DNA from: Tubulanus polymorphus
Lineage: Eukaryota > Animalia > Nemertea
Direction: 5' to 3'
NCBI RefSeq assembly: GCF_964204645.1
Contig: NC_134025.1
Location: 4,526,001 to 4,590,000 of the forward strand
Length of the DNA stretch: 64,000 nt
In this document: one piece after another, positions 1-26,000 of the stretch
Layout: every line of letters starts with the position of its first letter
Position numbering within the stretch: the stretch's first letter is position 1
The notes under the pieces: model-generated
The model's input: only the letters and a program-made list of their open reading frames with translations
What the model was told of the DNA's origin: nothing
Databases searched by the model: none
Made by a program: the position numbers and the translations under genes

Positions 1-2889
1 ATCCTCTTCACTGCAAAAACCATGCAGAGTTGAAAATCATACCAATACGCATACACAGCCAGAATATCAAGTAAAACGAACACAAATGTAAATTTGATGT
101 ATATTGCTTTTATTATTCATTCTGGAACCTACAGTAGGTGAACAACTGTGAGGGAAGATGAATGCTACCACAGAAATGTAGCGCGTTCAGCCATTAAACC
201 TTTCAGGTCATACCACACAGTACTTCACCACAAGCTACCCCTAGGAACAAGTACTACTATACACTTTTCCAGTTCCCCCTGGAAGTTACACTTGAAGTAT
301 TCTTTGCATAATTCAAAAATATACAATATTCACTGTTCGATTCATCAAAATATTTTTCTATTAGTGAAATATTTGTTGAGTCTTGAATGATGCTGAATCT
401 AGCTAGAAAAAAAAAGATTTCTGTAAGATGTTTCCTTGCTCCATCGAAAATTAGTAAGGGTGTGTGCACTCGCCAAGATTCATCATCAGATCAGCCCCAA
501 AGAATCCTAGAGAAAATACTTCAAACCAACTTCCCTGACTTAAGATTGCTACGCTGCCTAGCAGATCGTTCAATACATAATTTTCGGGTAATGATTTTGT
601 GTAAAACAATTTTCGAAGGAATAAATAAGAGTCAACAGTAAAAAATCTTTACAAAAACAAAATCAATTTTTCAATCACAAATCCTTTTCCGAAAACTCGA
701 GGGGGAATGGAAGAAAACGTAACCTAATGCATGACAGATAGATAGATATAAATTAGCATTTTGTATACAAATTATCTACAGTGCATCTTTTTTCTAGACG
801 GAAAGATCTACATTAGCGGATGTGAAATATTGCGCGGGTATATCTGCAGGACAGTGTCTCAAAAACTGAGGCTTACCTAGCTGACAAAATATAAGTCGGC
901 ACACATTGAGAAAACACAAAGCAAGAGTTAAAAGCTACGAGATTTCTACAGCAGTCAACAGAGCACTTATTTAAGTACAAAAACATCCCAAAACAGAATA
1001 ACAATTGAACTTCCAATTGGAGACTAGACAATAATATCGAGTATCAAATTGTCTTTCACTTTTTTATTCTTATCATTTACTTTAAGATACGAAGCATAAC
1101 TAAGAGATACAAGCAGCTAAATGTAATAAATAGATGAGAAGAGATTTGGCAAGACGAACAGTGTAGACATGATTATAATGGTTTAGTTTATAGCACCAAT
1201 ATAGTTTCGTCAATATATCCATCAATCATGGACACAGTTTCATCTTTTGGCAATAATTGCATTGTTCGTTCAAGTGTACAGTAAACTGCGGTTCATTGAA
1301 ACCTCGCATAAATGTGTAGTATACAATCGTGCATTTCTTCTACAATTCTAAATTCTGGGTTACGTATCAATCAAATCTACTTGATATAATTAATCGTCCC
1401 TGGATTACGAGTGTTTAATTGCTATATGCATAGACATTTCACAATTCATCATCATGTTTGCTACATAAATCATAAACAGATTCATTTACTCGAATACTGT
1501 ATAAAACTCAATGATTCCTAGTCTTTCTTGATTACTTTCATGTAATGTATTGACTGATACAAAAATTTCTATAAACAGGTAATGGAAGATTATATTTTGA
1601 TCACAAGTTTCCCTCTTTAGTTGATATTTTTCATCAATCATTCCTTATACCGGTAAGAAAAGAAAATAATATCCAAACGAATAAGACACAACACCTACAA
1701 AGTTTAGATGAAGATTTAGCTCTTAATGTTACCTTAATTCTATCCAATCTTCAGAGAAAATAAAACTCTCTTAAACAAATTTTCCAGAAACTCAATGGTA
1801 CTCTCGAAACCATTTCATTGATGAAAACTTTGAAATTGAACAAATTGTTGGCCTAACGAAAGAGCAAGCCATTTGCTGGTAGCTAGTGAAAAAGTTTCAA
1901 TATCTCAATTGGAAGTTCATTAGCCAGCAAGTGTAGCCACTCATGAGAGGAAAAAAATCTGTACATAATGATTATAATAATATATCAGAGCATTATCAAA
2001 CATTATCAGAATATACTAAATTTGAATAACAATGTCCTGTTGTCGTGGTACATCAGAATGTTTCCTAATTCATTAAAACATTCGGACTTGTTACTAGTTC
2101 ACACATAAATATACACAAACACACATACTCAAACTGAGATTATCCTACTCTTTGTTGCAATCAATTCTGGTTGATTATTCAATTCAGAAGATATATATCT
2201 TGATTAGGCAGTTTCTGGCTTGAAGAAAATATGAATTCATCATAACAAAGAGGGTACAAATGTCGTGTATATATATATATGCGTATAACAATATATTTCA
2301 TATCACAATTTTCATTCAAATGACTTTTTGATATTCTAATATCTTCCTATTCTTTGCATGTCATTTGCAGATGGTCGAACTCTTTTTTTTAAAGATGGAA
2401 CGTCAATGTTGTTATCGATGTATGTATTCGATTATATGCGTTTAGCTCAGGTCTTGTACATTTACATACAGTTTAAGATATCCATGACCTGTTTCATGTT
2501 GTAAGTTTCAAATATAATACTTATATTTACTAGATTACAAAACGAGATTTGATTATAACCGATCGAATAATAAAACAATTATCTACTTATCCATCATATC
2601 AAAATACCCATAATATTTCAGTTTTGATTATTAGTCATTTTATAATTGGCAATTAATAAATACATGGCAATTGCTAATTGATCTTTATCTTGAAAGTTAC
2701 AAACGCTTGTTTCAAAAATCATTATTGTACAGTTGTTTCCGATTTGATTTTAATCTACAGAGCATAAACTAAGTTATAACTCAGTTAGTTGAGAGACAGA
2801 TCACCTCACTGAACCATCTCTTTAGCACAAACACTTCACAAACTATAGAAATCATGCTATCGAAGACCTGTACAGTTAATCGGGAGATT

Positions 2890-16656
<13,767 letters not shown>

Positions 16657-17218
16657 AATACTTCTCAGCTCCTCTCGTGGTCAGCGAAACGCCCGTGCAG
16701 CCGCCAAACTAACGTAAAATCCGATGGAAATGGAATGTTTCGTCGAACGGTGGATTCTCTCTCGACACCCGCCGCAGGAACAGTCAAATCACGTGACCAG
16801 GTGAGCAATGCTAAATATGCGAAATAGTAAATTGCCGGCTTAATGGATATCTGAAACGGCGGTTCTATTATTAAACTGTTTATAAATTGAAAATGAGTGA
16901 TATATAAAATCTAGTATCTAATAAATCTAACAGAATGTTTTTGTTAGTGAAACTATCCTCAACATTAGCTTTGCTATATACGTCGTTTCAGCCAAAATTC
17001 ACCAAATTATACATAACTTGATTGAACTGCTTTGATTGGCTCGTCATTGTTGACAATATGGCGACCGAAATACGGAAGTGACAGGGGTTTGACAGTTCTG
17101 GACATGCTTTATTGTTTACTGAACCGCAACGTAGTCTATAGTCGTAATAGATCAGCCGGACTTATTGATTTTGGTACTGGAGTGTTAATAACGCAACGCA
17201 CGGTCAACAACAGCAAAA
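16657..17218. promoter_or_regulatory. Bidirectional promoter region, alpha-actinin / TMEM160-like
   Basis: Divergent ATGs 562 bp apart. TCACGTGA E-box at 16789-16796, reverse CCAAT ~17034-17040, YY1-like AATATGGCG 17055-17063, ETS CGGAAGTG 17073-17080. Confidence 0.6.
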
Positions 17219-18304
17219 ATGTTCCACCTGGTAAGATCTTTGGGCGTTGCCTCTAGAACTTCGAATGAAATTATGAAACATTACGGAAGCAAGACATATG
17301 CAGTTTGTCGTGTATATGGACCTACTACCTCAATACTCTCGCGACAACAAACACCTGTTAGTTCAAACCAGTTGCATTCTGGCGGCCAGCAGGAAGCAGC
17401 AAAGATTGAGGCGTCATGGGTATGTCTTCCCAATTCATCTCTCATGTGAATTCAATCAACTGGTTTAACTAATCAACATTTTACTAATAATATTCCAGGC
17501 TGGTGTAAGATTGTCCAATGAAAATGGTGAGACCAATTTTTTTTTAATTCACACTAAAACAAGTAAAAACATGTTTGAATCAATACTATTCATTTTTAGG
17601 ATACCTATCATGGACCAGAAATGCATACATTTCAACTATTTGCGGTGCAACTATGAATGTTCAAGAACTTATTGTGGCTCATTCAGAAAAGGCTGCAGCA
17701 GGTAAACTTAATGTTTAACAATATAGCTTTTGTTCGAGAGCTTCTTACAGTAGAACCTCAGCTTCATAGATCAGTTTGTTGAAACCCGTGCAAAATGCCA
17801 TAAAACTCCTTCAATTTTGGGAAATGGACAATAAGAAATTGTAGTTGTACAGTATACTAGTTACATTGTGTTAAGATTTACTGGAGGGACCCTGTCATAA
17901 AAAGAGCATACCCTGATGGACCATGATCCAGTGCCTATAGGACATAGATGTCTTGACCCTCATAGTCAGAATGTTAGTCTCAGAGTCGAATTTAACCGTT
18001 GATCTGGGTTCTTTTTTGTAAAGCTTTGTAGAAATACATGTTAATTTTTCCAGTGATGCTGTTTATTGCTTTTGGCAATATAACCATAGGAACCATGAGC
18101 TTCCTTAATTATTTGAACTGGTTCTACAGAGATTTCAAGATGTCAAGAAAGGTTTATCTGCTACAGTCAACCTTGGTGATCATTCATCTACTGCTTTGGT
18201 ATACAGCAATTTTGCTGTATTTTTTGACGTTTGACTCAATTGCCACAAAAAAGAAATTACCAGATTCTGAGATTGTAAAACTGGTCATGCAGAAAAAGCA
18301 ATAA
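17219..18304 (+). CDS. TMEM160: Transmembrane protein 160-like (mitochondrial inner membrane)
   Basis: Exons ~17219-17419 (basic presequence-like N-terminus, ending IEASW), 17499-17526 (28 nt, AGVRLSNENG), 17600-17701 (YLSWTRNAYISTICG; compare TMEM160 FLSWFRNG) and 18054-18304 (two hydrophobic helices, LLLWYTAILLY). Phases are consistent only with the 28-nt exon included. Confidence 0.75.
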
Positions 18305-20000
18305 GTTCTACTATATCATATCATATAGACCTCCGTCATAAACATAACTGCCTTAACTTTTTTATATATTTTTCAAGTAACTATTATGTTAACTTTTTTA
18401 CCTATCAATATACTTGCTGCTTAAGATTGTACATTTAAAAATATATTTGTTTGTGTACTGAACGGAAAATATGATCTGATGAAATTGTTATACTGTCTAT
18501 GCATAATATCTATTTATACGAATGTACAATTTGGAATATTAGCTATTTTCTTTATGAGGTAAAGAAGATATATTTTGTATGAAAAACTATTGGTAGAACA
18601 AAATTCATTCATAGTATCAAGCCAGCTAGGTTATCAACTTATCACCATTAAATCATAGCCACATCTACACTAGAGTTCTTAAAAGGTCTTGATCAGCCCT
18701 TACATTTACTTGGTACAAAATGTTATCGTTTGAAATTTTCAGCCTTGGAACAATAGAATTCCAACAAAATCTTACGAATACACATGTACTGCTTTTTTAT
18801 TTCGCATGCCTTTCTCCCAGTGTAGAATTGTATGATTTTCGTTTAGTGTAGATATGGCATTAATTTTGTGCCTTATTAAAGGAAGTTTGAGAAGTACATT
18901 GTTATAATGTATTTATAGCCTTGATTCATTAGGTACAGAGCTGATTTATTTTCATAGTTATGTAGTTGTAGGTTTTCTGTTTGTATTGTTTCAAGGAGTA
19001 TTTGTTGTCCGTTATATGTAGGGTGTTTTGCAAAATAAAGTATCATGTTTACCGCTGACTTATAAAAATTATACCGAGGTCCAAAATAATGCATGTGAAA
19101 GATGTTATCAAACCTTATAGTTTATAATGATAAAAGTATTTTATTAAAATGTAGTTAAAATGGTTATCAATACTCTGTTGTTCCGATTTTAAAAATCCTT
19201 TGCTGGCTTTGTTATTCATTCCATCCATGAATTCTGAAACACTTTCCCCGTGCTTCACACTGGCGTCCCCGAAACCAGCAGCCTGGTTCCGCTCTTCTGA
19301 CATCTGGAGCCCATTTTCAGTTCCATTGGAATAGAAGTCTTCTGCGAAAATTCTTGAACTTAGTGCAAGTAATAATACCTATATGAGGCAGGCCAGGGAT
19401 AGAAAGCTGTATTAATCTACGCCTCAAACTGAATAGAAAATTTAATACACATCCATATCATACAAAAAACCAAAATACATGATTTAATTCAAAAGTATTG
19501 TTATTATTATCAAAATCCCCCTAAATACAAGATTCATCGTATATATGCTTAATTATCTATTTGTACAAGGCATAACATTGAGACCAGCCTGTGCACTGGT
19601 CATTCCTTGAAATACCGGTAACACACAATGTCCTCTTACAAAAACTTAACACAATTATCTCAGCGATATAAGGTGCATACATTACGTTATGTAACTCATC
19701 ACGGCTATATTTCAATTGGGCGCGGACACGATTCTTCAGTTGGAGACTTCTCAGTTAACCACAAACAAAATGGGCTTCACTTCTATTTGAGCATGTTTTA
19801 ACTCCATGGTAATGAATATCGACTAACCAAATAGATAGTTAGAGATCGACTTTTCAACACAGAAATAAAACAATATGTCAATTTGATAATGCACATCTGT
19901 GTAGGAACTATCACATGGCTAAAACGCCACATCCATATAAATAATCATATCAGAATAAACGAAAGTTCTTCTACCAAAACAACGCCCATCCAAAGCCTTA

Positions 20001-23000
20001 TCACTTAACTAATCCGGCTTTCTTAGCTTCAGTTTCATAGATTAATAATCGCCACATTTTTACAACGAACACCTCTGCTTCTTCATCTAAAACCTACAAT
20101 AGATAAGATATTCACGTTCAGAAGCACTCAAATAACAATCGAAATTACATGTAGCTACGTATGACCAGAAATCATATTTTCTTTGTCGAGATCATACGCA
20201 GAGAAAGTTTGAACAATTACAACACGTACCATAGCTACATCATCCAGTATGTTATGAGGGGTACTGTTGGCTATCACTTTTTGACATATAAATTCTACTA
20301 AAGTTGCTTCCTCTTCTCCAATATATTCGACTATCTTCTTATTCACCCATGGTTTTATTCGTTTATCCATTAACGACTGTAAAACATCATAAATATTGAC
20401 CTTGAGATTTTTTACAGAAAAGACATGTTTAAATGTCCCTGTCACGTTCGCTGCAGGCTACGAATATACTCGAATACTTCCATTTCTGTCACCAGTGCCA
20501 ACCTACGAGTATATTCGTATTGGCAATTGGGGGCAGCATTGTATTATCAAGCTGGCAGCAAACGTGTTAAGAAATATGTTTTCCTCTTTCTTCATAACTA
20601 GTTCTAGCACTAGATAAGTTTTCAGTCCTACAAATATCATGTTTAGATGTATGTACCTGATCTACCATAGTCCAATCCATTTTATATGCGAACAGCTCTT
20701 CTTTTCCAGTTGGAATCTGTTCTATAAGCGTTTTGATGAATTTGCGTTTTTCCTCGGCCGATGTTGGAGGTTTTGCGGGTAATTCAGGTTTAGACTGATC
20801 CATACTGTCTGGCAGGGTTAATTTACGACGTTTAGCTTCAGCTTCTTCCTCGTCGTCCTGATTAAATGCTTCGCTCACCGTCATCTTTTTCTTTCGTGGC
20901 GGCATCTCACTCGGGCTGTCTGTAGAAGATGAAATATCGAAAAAATGAATTCAATAAGTAACAAAATTCACAAAGACTAGTCTTTATGAATTGTTGATAG
21001 CAATCATTGACTACTTGATATACTATACTTTGTGCCATTTGACAATTACGATAATATCGAAACAAAAACTTCATTATTTACCAGTTGATGTACTCTCTGC
21101 ATCTTTCATTGGGCCGACAAGATTTAAAGTTCCCTCAGGCAAGATTCGTGGTTGTTCCATCTGTTCTTCATCAGGCTGTTGTACTTCTTCTAATGGAATG
21201 ACTTGTGGTGGTGGTTCATCGACAACGGGTTTCGGTGTTTCCGATACGAGCGGTTCATGTTCTAGTTTTAATCGTGGACGAAGGTGCTCATTGCGTTCGT
21301 CTTCAATCTGAAAGTCATCAAACAATTCATTTATGTCAGAGATATGATTAGCAAAGTGATATCGGCTGAAATCGCACTTGTCTGTAGGTAACTACACCTA
21401 CCCTTGCAACTTCTCCTTCTGGATCAGGATGACCTTCTTCTAACAACTTTCGTCTGATTTCTTCGATTTCTTCTTTTTCACGTTGTCTGTCTCGGGTATC
21501 AGCTTCTATTTCCTTTTCTCGTTCCTTCAGTCTTCTAGACAGAGCACTTCCCCTGTAAGGATAGCTATCACGTTGAAGAGATTGAAATAGTCAATGAGCA
21601 ATTCTTATTTGGGAGCAACAGGAGACAACCAGATAACCAAAATCAAATGGACCTGAACCGAGATACACATGGACTTTGTGTATCACACTCTTTGATACCT
21701 GGAGACTGAAATTCTTAAACACACTTGGTTTCCCAACACCTTGAATAATGATGGTTTAGTTAATACTTGAGAAAAATATGTTGACTAGATTAGAAACACT
21801 AGATGAGCATTCGATCTGATTAACACAGATGACCATTTCACTGACATAGCTCTAAGCGTGACCAAACTATGAGCACTACATTATGATTCAATCAGGCAGA
21901 CAAAATGAATGAATACCGCATATCATATGGATTCAGTTAAATCATTATTCTCAACATTTTCTTTCGAATTACCTATAAAAATTACTTACGCAAAGTTACG
22001 TCCTCTGAAAGTATATCAATGGCACAAAGATTTGTAAATGTTGTTGCTATTGATTAGGAATCAACCCATGCAGGGTATGTATGTGAATGACATTAACAAG
22101 GCTGGTGCTCACATGTAGGATGATAAAAGCACTGAAAAGAGAACTTACTTATAGAACTTGGGATCATCTCGTTCGTCATCATAATCTTCTAGAAATTCCC
22201 TCAGACGTCGACCTTCTTTTGCCTAGTATTATACAAGTTAGAGGGAATGATTCATCTAAACGATGAGATATATTTGCTACGTATAGATAGGCTCTTCAAA
22301 TACCTCTTCAAATTTCCTCTCATCCTCCTTCTCTTTTTCTTTTTCATATTCTCTTGTTTTCTTGCGCTCTCGTGCCTCCCAAACCTTAAGACGCTGAAAT
22401 CCATAAATAAATTATGAGAGTACGTGCCCCCGAATGATATTGCATTTCATCTTTTGAGTTTATTGTTGATCAGTGATCTACCTCTTGGTAGGCCGTTTCT
22501 TTTTCCCGAAGTTTGCGTTCTAATTTTTTTCGTTCATACATCTCTTCTTCTTCTTCAGCTTCTTTCTCTCTGCGTTCCCTGGAAAAATGGAGAAAATACT
22601 TTGAACAGTTTGGCTAAAAATGAAAGTAACTGCATTGTTATCATTAACGAATGATATCCGTTTACAAACTTCCTTAAGAAACCATTACAACTAGGATAGA
22701 GGTAATTAACTATCAAGATGGGAAGATTTTGAGTATAACCACCTCGCGCTTGAAAGATTTATTCAATAAATTTATCTTTACTCATTGAATTTGTTAGGTT
22801 ACAAGAGGCTTTGTATAAATATTAGCATCAAATAGCCATACAGCAATTAATCAAGGCTTCAGTATGAACTCATTATTTCTATCATACGACATGACCAGGT
22901 CTGATTAATACCGGTATGTAAAATAGAACCAATATAAACCACGCTCACTGCTTGACCCTTAAGATTTAGCATTACAGCCACACATTGCCACTATTGATCG

Positions 23001-26000
23001 ATATCTTAGGTAATTACGTGGCGATTAATGCCTTTCATTCAATCATGATTGCTTTTTCATTTGTTAATAACAGGAATCATCAGAATCACGAAATAAAATT
23101 AGTACGGTCAACCACCGATTCTTTTTAATGAAGACAAAAATCTACTAGACACCCTGTTATGTTGCTGCTCTGCACCTTTAGGTTATAAAGATATGCCATG
23201 AACCGTACAGAATATAGAAAATAGTGTGACAGTTAACATATGTCCATATTGGCCGGAGGGATATAGCGCTCAAGAGAAAAGAAATATTAGATAAGATTGC
23301 TATTTTATTGGTAATTCTTACCGCTTTGCTAATGATTCCTGTGCACTAAAAATGTTTTCACAGAAAAGAAACCGATACAGAAAATAATAATAGATATGAG
23401 GGGGATGTTACCAGAAATGTACTTATTCAATTCAATTTCTATTGCATTGTTAGAATTGTAATAAACCGTATAAGAACAAGAAACACTTTGCAACAGTTGA
23501 AGGTGCTGAATTAAAATTGAGAAAAGACGAAATAAGGAAATGAGCCTTACCGAGTGGTCTTTGTAGCTGGCATCGTACTAAAAATAATATGATCAATTCA
23601 ATAGTACAACCGCCAAATAAGACCATAGTTCAACATATGCATTTGATAGAGAAAATTTGGACAATAGTGGACAGCACAATCTATATTCTATAATGACATC
23701 TTACGAAAACCAACAAAATAGTAGAACATGGCTTTGAAAATACATTCAAAGGATGCTACGTTAAGTAAATTTGAGGTAACGCATGGTATGAGCACCTGTT
23801 ATTACTACTACTGACATTGTAGCCATGATATGATCATCCTCCCCTAGTGGGATTCGAATCTGATGGTATTGACACACACCACGATACAAAACCGTGTCTG
23901 ACTAGCCCGAGTGCAGAGCTAAGATGATGACATTATCAGCCAATCAGAAATCCTGTTTTATTTTATCCCGGGTTTTTCCAGTTAAAATTCATCTGTGAAA
24001 TTTGCCTCATCGATCCTAAAAAAGGCAATCTGATCAGCGCAGCAAGTTCTTTTTCTGCAACAAACCTGCACACCAGATCTAATAAGGCAGGGTTTGGTGC
24101 TGTGGTTGAGTCTAGCGATGCCATCAGGTATGAATCCCTGCTCAGGGAGGATGGGATTTGATAGGAACAGAAAAACTAACTTGACCAGTGCAAAAAGAAA
24201 TAATAAGAAAGGAAAGCTGCTTGAGAATTGAATTGCTCGCAATATCATTTTAATACTAACCGGTCTCTTGTTGATGAACGTTCTCTTGATCTAGAACGTG
24301 ATCGCGTTCTTTCACGTTCACGACGTAATCGTTCTTTCTCACGTTCTCTTCGCTCGCGTTCGTATTCCCGTTCGCGCTCCTCGCGACGGCGCCTCTCTCG
24401 TTCGCGATCGCGGAAATCTCGGTTCTCGCGAAGATGCTGTTGCGGTTGCTGCGACTGCTGCTGCTGCGATTGTTGCTGGCTGTTATCGTCATTTTCGACC
24501 TGGAATGAGAGATAAGATTCCGATGGTTAAATCAAGAGGCCTGTAATCACTCGACTCTCAAGTGATGTAGACAATTGCTACATGACACGCGCACACAAAA
24601 ATCGAGCAACCGTTAACCAATCCCGATATGGAATCGGTTTGCATTTATTGCTCGGCAGTAGGTGTTACATAAAAAGAAAAACATCCTCTCATTAACAGCA
24701 GTTAGACGAAGATCTAAGAACGGTTACAAAACGAGTAACCATACCACTCAGGATATATTTCCTTTCAAGACCCACTTTACATGGTTTTGGCTCAAATTTG
24801 ACCCCAAGGTTAAAATCATCAAAGGATCATCAAATACCAACCAATGCCAAGTAAATGGGACCTGAGCGTGAGCCTCAAATGATGGTGCATGTAATAATAT
24901 TATGGTTTTTAGATCTAGTCACCGCTTATTACATTGCATATAACTTACCCACCTCAGCTAAACGACTGTAAATATGAATACTTATAATATGTGTAGAAGA
25001 GTTGGTGATGAATACTTAGCTCCGCGTACAACTGAAAGAGACAAGCAATTTTATCTCCCCTAAATCCCTGATGTGAATCCCCTGTGCGTGGCCCTAACAT
25101 ATCTCCCCATCTACAAGAAAACTGATTTCAAAGATAGTACCGTCAAACTGATAATAGGCTAGCGAGAAATCAAAAAGTGGTATTTTCTCCAATATTTCGA
25201 TAAGTATACTGAATATGAACTGAAATCGATACGAAATAAAAATTGGAATATTCTATGATGAACAATTGGTGGAATCAACTGTAACCATTATAAATTTCAC
25301 TAAATTCACATGCACAGTTTTCAACCGTATTACATCAACAATGTTGTATTACTCACCAAGCTGTCCCATCTTACCTGATGGGCACACATCGCAGCCCAAA
25401 TGGAATATTTGACCGAAATAACTAGTTTTTCAAAGAATTGTAAGGTAGAGGCACTAACCTGCGACTACAGTGTTTAACTGCATTTAACTTGGGTTAGAGT
25501 TGGCATCAGGTATTTAATTAGTTTAAATAATAATAACTACTACGAGAAGTATCTTATCTAATAACAACAACACTCAACCATGCCATGTATAAGAAACACT
25601 ATTCAAGCGGTTTCAAATCGATTTAAATCTTCCTAATCAAGCAACTAATTCAGTGGCGCCTCAAGGAAAATAGCGATGTACAGGTACATTTTTGAAGATA
25701 GGTTCTTTTAGATTTCTGATGGCAACGAAATAGAATAATGAAGAGAAAAGAGGTAATCACAGTACCCGGGTGATGATAAAAGAGAAATGCTAAGCAAACT
25801 GAATTTTACTGCAACGTCTATAGAACAATATACAGACTTCATCATATGCCAAGACGTTTTAAGCATCTCGCGAACAAATACACACAAAGATATCACACAA
25901 CGACTAAAAAATTAGTCTTACCTCTACATCGGGGTCCAACTGACAATGGGGAAAATAATGAGTGACTTATTTTGTAGAGATATGTGATCACTCACCTCAA

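Noticed and set aside
19115-19345. Slightly GC-rich open frame between the TMEM160-like and RBM25 3' ends
   Set aside because: No recognisable homology and no clear splice partner; probably UTR or intergenic.
23851-23862. tRNA gene suggested by a B-box-like sequence
   Set aside because: No cloverleaf or acceptor stem can be formed; treated as SINE-like repeat.
24228-24546. Plus-strand SR-rich / Cys-rich ORFs
   Set aside because: Antisense shadows of the RBM25 RE-rich exon.
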